DNA of 37,987 nt from a virus. Its lineage: Duplodnaviria; Caudoviricetes. This document shows positions 9,126 to 17,802 of the stretch, piece after piece; the stretch's first letter is position 1; each line of letters begins with the position of its first letter. The stretch lies in the IMG/VR virus record IMGVR_UViG_3300049016_000030, positions 1 through 37,987 of that record; one strand, 5' to 3'. The notes below the pieces were generated by a model that was given only the letters and a program-made list of their open reading frames with translations, was not told where the DNA came from and ran no database searches. The position numbers and the translations under genes were made by a program.

Positions 9126-10237
9126 TCATAAACGCATCTGCAGACAATTTACCATTCGCCGATACCTGCTTTGATGCGGTCGTCACTGATCCGCCTTACG
9201 GCCTGGCGTTTATGGGCAAGCGATGGGATTACGACCTGCCCAGCGTCGAACTATGGCGGGAAGTTTACCGCGTGATGAAGCCAGGCGCGCACCTCTTAGC
9301 GTTTGGTGGCTCGCGCACCTATCACCGAGCAGTCTGCCGAATCGAAGACGCAGGCTTTGAGGTCAGGGATTGTGTGATGTGGCTGTACGCCAGCGGATTC
9401 CCAAAATCTCACAACCTGGAAGACGAATGGGAAGGCTGGGGGTCAGCCCTGAAGCCAGCGCATGAGCCAATTGTCCTGGCGCGTAAGCCTCTTGATGGGA
9501 CCATTGCTGAAAACGTGGCGAAGTGGGGATGCGGCGCCCTGAACATTGACCGATGCCGAATTGAGGGCAAGGTAATCAATCCACTTGTGAGGAATGCCCC
9601 TGGTTTTCAAAGCGATGGGCTGATTCAAGGCCCTACTGGGAAAGGCATGGTAAGCGAAGGCCGATGGCCTGCAAATGTCATCCACGATGGCAGTGATGAA
9701 GTTCTGGCCTTCTTCCCTGACGCCCCTGGTCAGATCGCGAAGGTTGACGGGACAGAGCCTAGCGCGAAAACTAAAGATATTTACGGCAAGTTCAGTGGCT
9801 GCCGCGCGCCAGCAATCCCGCGCGTCGAGACAGATCGCTCAGCGGCGCGCTTCTTCTACGCCGCGAAGGCCAGCAAGAGCGAGCGCGAAGCAGGGCTTGA
9901 CCGCCTGCCGGAGCGCACGAAGGTTTTCAACGGCCAGAGCGGCGAATCCAGCCAAGATATGAAGCCGGTCGAGGAGCGCTTTACGACGAAGGCGCGCAAC
10001 TTCCATCCAACAGTCAAGCCAATCGCCTTGATGCGCTACCTGTGCAGGCTGATCACGCCGCCCAATGGGCTGATCCTTGATCCCTTTTTTGGCTCAGGCT
10101 CAACAGGCGTGGCCGCCCAGCGTGAAAACTTCAGATACGTTGGCGTCGACCTAGTTGGCGAATATACCCAGATCGCCAGACTCAGAAACGAGCACGAGGC
10201 GAACAGGTTTCCGCTTTTTGCTCAGATCGGCTCTTAA
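9122..10237 (+). CDS. DNA methyltransferase, N6-adenine/N4-cytosine, beta class
   Basis: N-terminal TDPPYG; HPTVKP; C-terminal LDPFFGSGSTG SAM-binding motif. Confidence 0.93.
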   Translation: MIINASADNLPFADTCFDAVVTDPPYGLAFMGKRWDYDLPSVELWREVYRVMKPGAHLLAFGGSRTYHRAVCRIEDAGFEVRDCVMWLYASGFPKSHNLEDEWEGWGSALKPAHEPIVLARKPLDGTIAENVAKWGCGALNIDRCRIEGKVINPLVRNAPGFQSDGLIQGPTGKGMVSEGRWPANVIHDGSDEVLAFFPDAPGQIAKVDGTEPSAKTKDIYGKFSGCRAPAIPRVETDRSAARFFYAAKASKSEREAGLDRLPERTKVFNGQSGESSQDMKPVEERFTTKARNFHPTVKPIALMRYLCRLITPPNGLILDPFFGSGSTGVAAQRENFRYVGVDLVGEYTQIARLRNEHEANRFPLFAQIGS

Positions 10238-10266
10238 CGAATCGTCTCTTCCTTAAAGGATGCCCC

Positions 10267-10653
10267 ATGCGCCTACTAATCTTCTTACTCCTCTTCCTCA
10301 CTGTCCCCGCCTTCGCCCAGGACGATCAGGAACCGCCACCGCGGCGCGCAAGCGATTTAACGCCCGAAGAGCGACAACGACTACGCCAAGGGACGTACGA
10401 AATGCGCGCCGTGGGAAGAAGCAATAAACCGCGCTGCGGTCCTGATTGCGTCGAGAAGAGAAGAAGGGAAAGTGTCCAAGCCGGGCAGGTAAAGACAGCT
10501 TCTACTACTCCCACTTGGCGAGACGATTGGAGCTTGTGGTTTGTAATCGGCGGCGTGGCGTTCCTTGTGGCGATGGGCGTGTTTTTGGCGGGCAGCATTC
10601 TTGAACAGCGGCGCGACGAGAAGAGGCAGCGAGAGGAACTGGGTATTAAATGA
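10267..10653 (+). CDS. Signal peptide plus C-terminal TM protein
   Basis: MRLLIFLLLFLTVPAFA; LWFVIGGVAFLVAMGVFLAG. Confidence 0.7.
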   Translation: MRLLIFLLLFLTVPAFAQDDQEPPPRRASDLTPEERQRLRQGTYEMRAVGRSNKPRCGPDCVEKRRRESVQAGQVKTASTTPTWRDDWSLWFVIGGVAFLVAMGVFLAGSILEQRRDEKRQREELGIK

Positions 10654-10826
10654 ACGACTCCGCAACCTTCCACATCATCATCTCGCCCTCCAATCTCTAC
10701 CTCTGGTGGACGCTGGCGCCGACGGAGGATGAAGCTTGGGAAAGATTCAAAATAGGCTACGCCGACGTCCGCCGCGCGAGGCGGAGGGGGTGTAGATGTG
10801 TGAGGGTGAAATTAACGTTGGTATAG
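10650..10826 (+). CDS. 58-aa hypothetical protein
   Basis: Not in the track; ATGA overlap; fills the gap to the next gene. Confidence 0.5.
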   Translation: MNDSATFHIIISPSNLYLWWTLAPTEDEAWERFKIGYADVRRARRRGCRCVRVKLTLV

Positions 10827-10841
10827 AAAGGAAAAGGCGAA

Positions 10842-11216
10842 ATGACGACAGACGAAATCAACAAACTGGAAGCCGGTCCTAAACTCGACGCCTTTATCGC
10901 CGAGCGCCTAATGGGCTGGGTCGATTTGGAATGGCGCGAGGGCGGCAACGATGGCCGCACGCTCACGCCAACAGGCTATTACGGCAAAGGGCCAGGCCAT
11001 GCTTGTTTTCTGACCGATCACTATTCGACCGATATGCGCGCCGCGTGGATGGCGGCTGAGAAGGTCGGCATGTTCAAGTTCTGCGATATCACGCAAGGCG
11101 ATGCCGGATGGTGGATTGATAACGTAACGCAGGATTGGCGCGTCGAGGCCGAGACCGCGCCGCTCGCGATTTGTAAAGCCGCGCTGATTATGGCGGAAGA
11201 AAGCGAGGGAAAATGA
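10842..11216 (+). CDS. Phage ABA-sandwich / BC1872-like protein
   Basis: LDAFIAERLMGW...YSTDMRAAW...AETAPLAICKAAL. Confidence 0.75.
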   Translation: MTTDEINKLEAGPKLDAFIAERLMGWVDLEWREGGNDGRTLTPTGYYGKGPGHACFLTDHYSTDMRAAWMAAEKVGMFKFCDITQGDAGWWIDNVTQDWRVEAETAPLAICKAALIMAEESEGK

Positions 11217-12235
11217 GCAAAGAATTCAAACTTGAATTTAAACGAACGCTGAGCGGCCATCTCCGCGCCGATTTCACCGATGATTACGGGGAGCCTTGCA
11301 TTCTGAAGGGCTCCGAGGCGCAACAGAAGGTATGGCTGAAATCTCCGAGCAGCGATCGTCCATGTCTCAACCGCGAAATGGCCAAAGAAATCGGATTCGC
11401 GCTGATCCGCTTCGCAAAGAACGGCAGCCTCGCGGAACCGACGCCCGAACAACAACTGGCGCATTTTCAAGCCGTGATGGACGAGCACGACGAATATTAT
11501 CAACTGCAATGCGCGGTGGTAGAGGACGCGCGGGAATTTATAGGACTAACCAGCGCGCTCTTGCAGGCTTATCAGGATGACTATCGAGCCGATGGCGACT
11601 ATTGCCACGACCTGCAAGGCCAAATCGCTGCAGCGGAACAGTCACTGGGCGATACCGTCGAAGAATTGGAAACATGGATGAAAGAACACGGATGGGAGGT
11701 AATGGAAAAAGCCGAGCTTGCAGCCGGCCGCATTGGGGAACTGCTGAACTCCTACAAAGACGCCGCCAATACGATTGGCGGTCGCGCGAAGAGACTTCAG
11801 TCCGAGCGCGATGAGCTTCAGGCCCAACTAGCCGTCAAAGAATCCACAATCGCCGACTTGAAAGACCTCGCCTACGAGCGCGCGCCGAGGATTGCGGCGG
11901 AGGAGGCGGGGAAGGTGAGGGAGGAATTGGAGGCGCAGTTAAGAGAGGCGAATGCGAAACTTGAGCGCACGTGGTCACATAGAGAGATCGCCAGACTCAA
12001 GGGCGAACTTGAAATAGCGTGGGGCCAAGCAGAAGCGGGGGACAGGCTGCGCGAGAAAGCCGAAGCGCGCGAATCTCGTCTGCGCGCCGCTCTGGAAGCA
12101 ATACTACGAGAGCCCTATGGCTGTCCATTCTGCAACTCGGGCAAGCTTCGAAATCCGTTGAAAACCCATACCGACGACTGCGGATATGCACTCGCGCCAG
12201 CCGCCCTCGCAGAAAAGGAGGCGCCTACACAATGA
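11213..12235 (+). CDS. Coiled-coil phage protein with C-terminal CxxC...HxxxC motif
   Basis: ATGA overlaps at both ends; heptad-rich central region. Confidence 0.75.
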   Translation: MSKEFKLEFKRTLSGHLRADFTDDYGEPCILKGSEAQQKVWLKSPSSDRPCLNREMAKEIGFALIRFAKNGSLAEPTPEQQLAHFQAVMDEHDEYYQLQCAVVEDAREFIGLTSALLQAYQDDYRADGDYCHDLQGQIAAAEQSLGDTVEELETWMKEHGWEVMEKAELAAGRIGELLNSYKDAANTIGGRAKRLQSERDELQAQLAVKESTIADLKDLAYERAPRIAAEEAGKVREELEAQLREANAKLERTWSHREIARLKGELEIAWGQAEAGDRLREKAEARESRLRAALEAILREPYGCPFCNSGKLRNPLKTHTDDCGYALAPAALAEKEAPTQ

Positions 12236-12855
12236 GCATTGCCAAACTACGCGAGAACAACTACGAATACGCAACCGGGCTTACGCGCGCGGATTTGGAA
12301 GCGGCGATTCTGGAATACGACGGACTGCAAAAACTCGGCGTCCACTTGAGTCATTGCAACTTTGGCGAGAACGCCGGAGCCTGCAAGTATGGTGAGGACG
12401 ATTGCCCGGCGCTGACGGACAGTTGGGAATGGCTCGGATTGGCGCTTCAGCGAGTCAGGGACTGCGAGGACTGCGGCGCCACAATGAATCATAGAGGACT
12501 CGGCCAGTTCGAGTGCTGGAAATGCACGGAGGAAGAGACAAGAGCCGAGAATGTTCGGCTGAAAGCGGCGCTGGGGCGAATCAGGAACGAGCAGTATACC
12601 TGCCTGGATAAGGACTGTACCGCAAGCGTGATTGCGGGCCGCGCGCTTGATACGCCCGACGCGCCAGCCGAAGAGGAAGCCCTAGAACTCGACACGACAT
12701 CTAAACAACTACGCGGTGACGGCGTGGAGTTTTGCGACCGGGACCCAAAATGTTATCGGGCAATCAGCCACGGCGGCGAATGCTGGCGGCTGAATGTGGA
12801 GAACGCGCCAGCCGCACGCGCGGAGACGGGGCGGGAGAAAAGGGGCGCGGAGTAA
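12232..12855 (+). CDS. Cys-rich hypothetical protein
   Basis: AAGGAGG RBS, ATG 12232; several Cys/His clusters. Confidence 0.7.
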   Translation: MSIAKLRENNYEYATGLTRADLEAAILEYDGLQKLGVHLSHCNFGENAGACKYGEDDCPALTDSWEWLGLALQRVRDCEDCGATMNHRGLGQFECWKCTEEETRAENVRLKAALGRIRNEQYTCLDKDCTASVIAGRALDTPDAPAEEEALELDTTSKQLRGDGVEFCDRDPKCYRAISHGGECWRLNVENAPAARAETGREKRGAE

Positions 12856-13019
12856 TGAGATGGCCGCGAGGCAAATACAACGGACGCCGGATTATCGGGC
12901 TATCGGTTGAGTGTAAATGCTATCTGATGCACTGGTATTGGCTGCCACACAAAACAAAGCTTATGAGCGGGTTTCACTGGCTCTGCTTTAGCGTGTGGTT
13001 CATGTGGGTTTACGAATAA
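12855..13019 (+). CDS. 54-aa Trp-rich hypothetical protein
   Basis: TAATG coupling; MRWPRGKYNGRRIIG... Confidence 0.55.
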   Translation: MRWPRGKYNGRRIIGLSVECKCYLMHWYWLPHKTKLMSGFHWLCFSVWFMWVYE

Positions 13020-13060
13020 CCGCCTGCGCGTACCCACAGCGTGGCGGCGAGGAAGGGAAT

Positions 13061-13270
13061 ATGAATCTAAGGAACAATCCGAATATCGACTGGGATAAAC
13101 GCCGAGCGCTGGAGACGCAATATGACGCCGCGGACGACGCCGGTCATATCGGGCACTGCGATTCTTGCCAATCAAAGGATACCGTCCTGTGTTTGAACTG
13201 CGGGTTTTGTTTTAGGTATTGCCATCCGTTCGATGATTGCGAGACAGCGCCAGTGTTTTACGAGGACTGA
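13061..13270 (+). CDS. Small Zn-finger protein
   Basis: CDSC, CLNC, CFRYC; purine-rich RBS. Confidence 0.6.
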   Translation: MNLRNNPNIDWDKRRALETQYDAADDAGHIGHCDSCQSKDTVLCLNCGFCFRYCHPFDDCETAPVFYED

Positions 13271-13714
13271 ATGACGCTACACCTACAGCCAATTGAATGG
13301 GACGAGGCTTGCGAGTTTATTCGCAGGCATCACCGACACCATCCGCCGCCACAGGGCTGGAAGTTTGGCGTTGCGGTGAATGACGGCGAAAACGTCGTCG
13401 GCGTCGCCATTATTGGCCGTCCGGTAAGCCGTCACTTTGATAATGGTTGGACGTTGGAGGTTACAAGGCTGTGTGTACTGGAAGGCTATCCGAACGCGGC
13501 GAGCAAACTGTGGGCAGCGGCGTGGCGCGCAGCGAAGGCGCTGGGATACAGAAGAATGGTTAGTTACACATTGCCTGACGAAAGCGGGACATCTCTGCGA
13601 GCTGCGGGGTGGAAAGAAGTGGGATTGGCTGGCGGGGGAAGTTGGAATAAGCCTAGTCGGCCACGAGTGGATAAAGCACCGACTGTGCAAAAGAAACTAT
13701 GGGAGGCTGCGTAA
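13271..13714 (+). CDS. XF1762/Mom-like GNAT-fold putative DNA base-modification enzyme
   Basis: EACEFIRRHHRHH...GVAIIGRPVSR...LEVTRLC...YTLPDESGTSLRAAGW. Confidence 0.8.
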   Translation: MTLHLQPIEWDEACEFIRRHHRHHPPPQGWKFGVAVNDGENVVGVAIIGRPVSRHFDNGWTLEVTRLCVLEGYPNAASKLWAAAWRAAKALGYRRMVSYTLPDESGTSLRAAGWKEVGLAGGGSWNKPSRPRVDKAPTVQKKLWEAA

Positions 13715-13776
13715 TGACTTCACGCAAACGAGACTGGGCGGCGATGAAGCGCAACGCTGAAGATTGAAGATTTTTC

Positions 13777-13805
13777 TTGTACCCGGCTGTCTTATATCTT
13801 AGAAT
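13777..13805 (+). promoter_or_regulatory. Sigma70-type promoter
   Basis: TTGTAC-17 nt-TAGAAT, 10 nt before the HTH start codon. Confidence 0.6.
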
Positions 13806-13815
13806 AGTCTGCGTT

Positions 13816-13983
13816 ATGAGACTTGGAAATATACTGCGGGGCTGGCGACAGTCCCAAAAACTTGACATTCGATCCGTGGCCGCCGACATCGGAATCAGCC
13901 ACGGCACTCTGTCCCGAATTGAACGTGGCGAGAACGTTGACGGGGCAACTTTAATCAAACTTCTATTGTGGCTTTTATCTTGA
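13816..13983 (+). CDS. Small XRE HTH regulator
   Basis: LRGWRQSQKLDIRSVAADIGISHGTLSRIERG. Confidence 0.85.
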   Translation: MRLGNILRGWRQSQKLDIRSVAADIGISHGTLSRIERGENVDGATLIKLLLWLLS

Positions 13984-13994
13984 ATGGAGGCGCC

Positions 13995-14201
13995 ATGAAC
14001 GCTCAGGAAGCATACGAACACTACGACAAAACCGGCGAGGACGTTTTCCTCTTTACCAAGAACGATGTAACCCTGAAGGTTGTTTTCGTTACCGACGCGG
14101 GCGACGTGTACGTGCCGAGGCTTGGAAAAGGGTTTTTGGTGCAGAACTTCTATGACGGATGGAAAGCCAACCCGATAGGAAAATCAGACCCGCTCACATA
14201 A
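13995..14201 (+). CDS. Hypothetical protein
   Basis: GGAGG RBS before ATG 13995. Confidence 0.6.
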   Translation: MNAQEAYEHYDKTGEDVFLFTKNDVTLKVVFVTDAGDVYVPRLGKGFLVQNFYDGWKANPIGKSDPLT

Positions 14202-14218
14202 CCTATATTATGCACGAC
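14191..14218. other. dif/res-like recombination site
   Basis: CGCTCACATAA-CCTATA-TTATGCACGAC: CATAA-N6-TTATG core, as in E. coli dif. Confidence 0.6.
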
Positions 14219-15055
14219 ACAGAACTAAACAACTTAGACTCTCTTATGGCTGGTTGGCTCGATAGCGGACGCCGTAGCAGCGCTCACACACAAGAGGCGT
14301 ACAAGCGGGACGTGCGCGCTTTTGTGGCCTATTCCCGCAAGCCAATCAAAGAGACTGAACCGGGCGATGTGATCGGATATCAGGCGTACTTGCGCCAACA
14401 GGTCGGAACCCCGGCAACTGAATACCGCAAGCTCTCCGCACTGCGAAGCTTCTTCAAATACCTGAAGCTAACCAAGGAAATCAAAGAAGACCTGGCCGTG
14501 ATCATCAAGACGCCGAAGGTTCAGAGCAATTTCAAAGCGAAGGCGCTGAGCGTGGCCGAGATTCAGGCCATCATTGACGCCGCCGCGCCCAGCCCGCTCG
14601 ATTCCCTGCTGCTGCGAATGCTGTATGTGACAGGCGGGCGGATTTCTGAAGTCCTGGCTCTCACGTGGGCACACCTGAGAGCGGCGGACACTGGGGGCGG
14701 ATACGTCCACATTCTTGGCAAGGGCAAGAAAGAGCGAGAGGTCTATATCGGGCCGGAACTGTGGGCGGACCTGGACCGGCATATCACCGACGACGGCGCT
14801 GACGGGCACCTGTTTCAACTGGATCGCCACGAAGCAGCGGCAATGCTGAAGAAGGCCGCGAAGGCTGCAAAGATCACCAAAGCTGTCACGCCGCACGTCT
14901 TCCGGCATTCCCTGGCGACAAATCTTCTGGCGAGCGGAAAGGCCACGCTGATGCAGGTCCGCGACCAGCTTGGACATTCCGACATTTCAACCACGTCGCT
15001 TTATCTTCACGCTGAGGATCGCGCAGCAATGATTCGGGATATGCCGATTAAATGA
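14210..15055 (+). CDS. XerC/XerD-like tyrosine recombinase (resolvase type, no arm domain)
   Basis: SAHTQEAY, TGGRISE, GKGKKER, TPHVFRH, LGHSDISTTSLY. Confidence 0.93.
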   Translation: MHDTELNNLDSLMAGWLDSGRRSSAHTQEAYKRDVRAFVAYSRKPIKETEPGDVIGYQAYLRQQVGTPATEYRKLSALRSFFKYLKLTKEIKEDLAVIIKTPKVQSNFKAKALSVAEIQAIIDAAAPSPLDSLLLRMLYVTGGRISEVLALTWAHLRAADTGGGYVHILGKGKKEREVYIGPELWADLDRHITDDGADGHLFQLDRHEAAAMLKKAAKAAKITKAVTPHVFRHSLATNLLASGKATLMQVRDQLGHSDISTTSLYLHAEDRAAMIRDMPIK

Positions 15056-15068
15056 GGAGACAAAAACG

Positions 15069-15326
15069 ATGACGCAATGCGAACGATGCGATCGTGTAGT
15101 CCACCGCCGCCAGCTTTGCCATCACTGCGGATTTTATGTCTGCTGGGAGTGCTGGGATAGGCGCGAAGATTCTTGCGCGTGCGAGCCGGGCCATAAGCCG
15201 GAAAACTGTATTCAGTTGAATTACTTGAAAAAGGTTGGCCGCGCCCGGTTTATGCGGACCGTCGTGGCGCGGCTGAGAACACAGGCAGGAATGCCGCTGC
15301 TGCGTGGAATGCGGTATAGGCCATAG
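15069..15326 (+). CDS. Zn-finger hypothetical protein
   Basis: CERC, CHHC, CWEC; GAGGAG RBS. Confidence 0.65.
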   Translation: MTQCERCDRVVHRRQLCHHCGFYVCWECWDRREDSCACEPGHKPENCIQLNYLKKVGRARFMRTVVARLRTQAGMPLLRGMRYRP

Positions 15327-15341
15327 AGAAAGGAAAGCAAC

Positions 15342-15602
15342 ATGAAAACAGCAGCCAAGACAATTGCGGCAAGAGCAATCGACGACGTGCGCGGCGTGGT
15401 TATCGGTGGCGATTCCGTCCAAGCCGCTCTCTTCTACGACGGCAGGCAGCAAGGGTCGGACGTTTACGCCGACTCCGACCAAGAGGCCGTTGAGAAATGC
15501 AAGGCGATGCGCGACGAGCGGGTCAAAGAGCTTGGTGGTCATCCCTGCTACCTCTATCAAGAACCTGAGTTGTGGGAAGTGAGGATTTATGACCGACTTT
15601 GA
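15342..15602 (+). CDS. Hypothetical protein
   Basis: AAGGA RBS. Confidence 0.6.
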   Translation: MKTAAKTIAARAIDDVRGVVIGGDSVQAALFYDGRQQGSDVYADSDQEAVEKCKAMRDERVKELGGHPCYLYQEPELWEVRIYDRL

Positions 15603-15726
15603 ACTGAAGAAAAACCTATGGAAACGCCGCCTAACCCGCCCCCGCGCGGTGGAGAAAGAACGTGGGTACGGAATCGGGGTTTCTTACCCATATGCACAAT
15701 CTCATGGGTACATTGAAGGGAGCATT

Positions 15727-15933
15727 ATGACTGTAAAAGAAGTGAAAGAGGCACTAGATAAATATTACGCAAGAGATCTTGGCGCGCTGCCTGTTGGGTA
15801 TTTCAAAGACAACGGCGAATTCGTTGAAATAAGAACACTGATTCGTGTTGTGGATGATTATGCAGGTGAAGTTATTAAGGTCGACCTCGATTGGCAGAAC
15901 GAAGAGGCGCAAATCGCGGAAGAGAGAGAATGA
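15727..15933 (+). CDS. Small acidic hypothetical protein
   Basis: GGGAG RBS before MTVKEVKEALDKY; alternative start at 15589. Confidence 0.55.
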   Translation: MTVKEVKEALDKYYARDLGALPVGYFKDNGEFVEIRTLIRVVDDYAGEVIKVDLDWQNEEAQIAEERE

Positions 15934-15994
15934 AATAACTTCCCCGCGCGGTGGCCGCTGCCCGCGAAGGGAGGGGTAAACGAGGAGAACAACG

Positions 15995-16309
15995 ATGAAA
16001 ATCAAAGACTGTCCACGCTGCGGCAAACCCTGCCGCGCCGAAAAGTCCGGCAATCAGAACGCCAGACCGGTACGCAAATCCGACAATGGAATGTGCCTCG
16101 AATGCACGGCGACGAGCGTGATTATGAGCCTGCCGAGCGCGGGAATGTTCCCAAAAGAGGCCATGCTTGCGCCACATATCCAAGCTCAATTTGCGGCCGT
16201 CCTGCGCGCTGGAAACGCCGACAGCGACGCCCACGAAGTAGACTGGAATCGGCTGGTCGAGAATTGGGATCTGCCGTTCCCGCGCAAGTTCGCGCCTGAA
16301 CGTATTTAA
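15995..16309 (+). CDS. Zn-ribbon hypothetical protein
   Basis: CPRCG...MCLEC; GAGGAG RBS. Confidence 0.7.
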   Translation: MKIKDCPRCGKPCRAEKSGNQNARPVRKSDNGMCLECTATSVIMSLPSAGMFPKEAMLAPHIQAQFAAVLRAGNADSDAHEVDWNRLVENWDLPFPRKFAPERI

Positions 16310-16343
16310 CCGCGAAGGTAAACAGTGGCAGAAAGAGGGACAA

Positions 16344-16706
16344 ATGATTCAACCAATCACACTTGGAGAACTGATCGAGCAACTATCGAAGTGCAATAAG
16401 ACCGCCCATGTCTATTTTGACTTCTGCGGGCTGCGTCCGACCGGACTGGGCAGTTATCGTGGCTACTACGATCAATTGGCGCTTGGATGGAAAGAGGAAG
16501 GGCTGGTAACTGTTGGGGACCTGCTGGCAGAGTGTCAGAGCGCAATCGGCCAGACTTACGAGGGCTACAAAGGCGGCGAGTTCAAAATGAGCAAATCTAC
16601 GCCCGTCTGGGCGGCGAATTATGGGCGCTCCGACAGTACGGCAATCAAGAAGATAGAGAATTTAGGCGACTATCACGTCATTATCGTGACGCGGTATATG
16701 AAATAA
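16344..16706 (+). CDS. Conserved phage hypothetical protein
   Basis: SYRGYYDQLAL...YEGYKGGEFKM...TPVWAANYG, a motif set recalled from other phage proteins. Confidence 0.7.
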   Translation: MIQPITLGELIEQLSKCNKTAHVYFDFCGLRPTGLGSYRGYYDQLALGWKEEGLVTVGDLLAECQSAIGQTYEGYKGGEFKMSKSTPVWAANYGRSDSTAIKKIENLGDYHVIIVTRYMK

Positions 16707-16787
16707 CCCCGCGCGGCGAACGGCGCCGGCTGGAAGCGGGGATGCGGCGTAGAGCTTGCGCGAACGTGGGAACGATACGAGGTATTC

Positions 16788-17426
16788 ATGACTGCAACTC
16801 AAACAATTTACGCTGCCGCTGGCTCCGGCGACACAGCCGGAACCTGCCGCCTGTGCGGCGCTGAGGGGACCGGCCAACTCTTCGATAAATGGGTGAAAGA
16901 CGCCTTCACGAATTTCGACCTACTGCAAGGTGGCGAAATCGCCTGTCACGCCTGCCTGTTCTGCGCCGAGGAGAAAAGCGTCTTGATTCAAACCAAGCTC
17001 GGCAAGGATAAACCGCAAAAGACGCGCAACTATTCGCACTTCGTTTTGCGCGGCGAATGGTTTCCGCTCTCGAAAGGCGACAAGCGAAAGATGCGCGAAT
17101 TGCTCAGCCAATCGCCAGAGGTTGCGGTGATCGCAGAATCCGGACAGAAGCATCTTTGCTTTCGCGCTCGCCCTGGCTGGTGGCAATTCGAGGAACAGGC
17201 GATGCTTTCCTGCTGGGATAAAGTCAATTCCCTGCTGCCGGTTATCGAAGAACTCATGGCGGACTTCAGTAAATCTGAAATCGAATCGGATCACTACCTG
17301 CAATATCGAATTATCAAATTCGGCGTCGAGCGCTGGCGGAAACTATCAGAGTCCCTGCGACCAGTCCGCCTCGCGCCGCATTTTCAACTCGCGCTATTCC
17401 TGGCGCAGAAAGCCGAGGACGAATGA
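16788..17426 (+). CDS. csf1: Type IV CRISPR-Cas large subunit Csf1 (Cas8-like)
   Basis: N-terminal CRLC...FTNFD...CHAC Zn site, SGQKHL motif; first gene of the csf operon. Confidence 0.8.
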   Translation: MTATQTIYAAAGSGDTAGTCRLCGAEGTGQLFDKWVKDAFTNFDLLQGGEIACHACLFCAEEKSVLIQTKLGKDKPQKTRNYSHFVLRGEWFPLSKGDKRKMRELLSQSPEVAVIAESGQKHLCFRARPGWWQFEEQAMLSCWDKVNSLLPVIEELMADFSKSEIESDHYLQYRIIKFGVERWRKLSESLRPVRLAPHFQLALFLAQKAEDE

Positions 17427-17794
17427 CACACGAAGAAATAGCCGAAAACCTATTAACCCCGCTCTGGCAAGGGATTGACGCCGGATACAAGGCCAAATAT
17501 TCGCTCACGATCTGGCAGCAATTCGAAGACAATATCCGCTCGGCGGCCTATACGAGCAGCGCGGCGGACTTTCTCTCAAGGATCAAGACGCGGCTGGGAA
17601 TTGTGATTCGCGGTGACGACCTGGCCAAAATCACGAGCATTATTACCGCTGGCGAGGATCGCGCATTACTCAAAATGCTTCGCGAGCATTCTTCGCTTTT
17701 AGTCGTACTCGTTCGCGCGGCCAATGAAGAGCGGCGCGCGGAATGGCACAAACAAATGGACGCAACGAAGACCGCGAAGCAGAACGCGGCGTAA
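17423..17794 (+). CDS. cas11: Type IV-B small subunit Cas11 (Csf4)
   Basis: 123-aa alpha-helical ORF between csf1 and csf2 (IWQQFEDNIRSAAYT); ATGA overlap. Confidence 0.7.
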   Translation: MTHEEIAENLLTPLWQGIDAGYKAKYSLTIWQQFEDNIRSAAYTSSAADFLSRIKTRLGIVIRGDDLAKITSIITAGEDRALLKMLREHSSLLVVLVRAANEERRAEWHKQMDATKTAKQNAA

Positions 17795-17802
17795 GGAGAC
17801 TT

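Noticed and set aside
14210-16790. Integron (IntI plus attC cassettes)
   Set aside because: The recombinase lacks the IntI-specific insertion and is co-oriented with the genes; the TAAC junctions have no matching GTTRRRY core or long attC palindrome.
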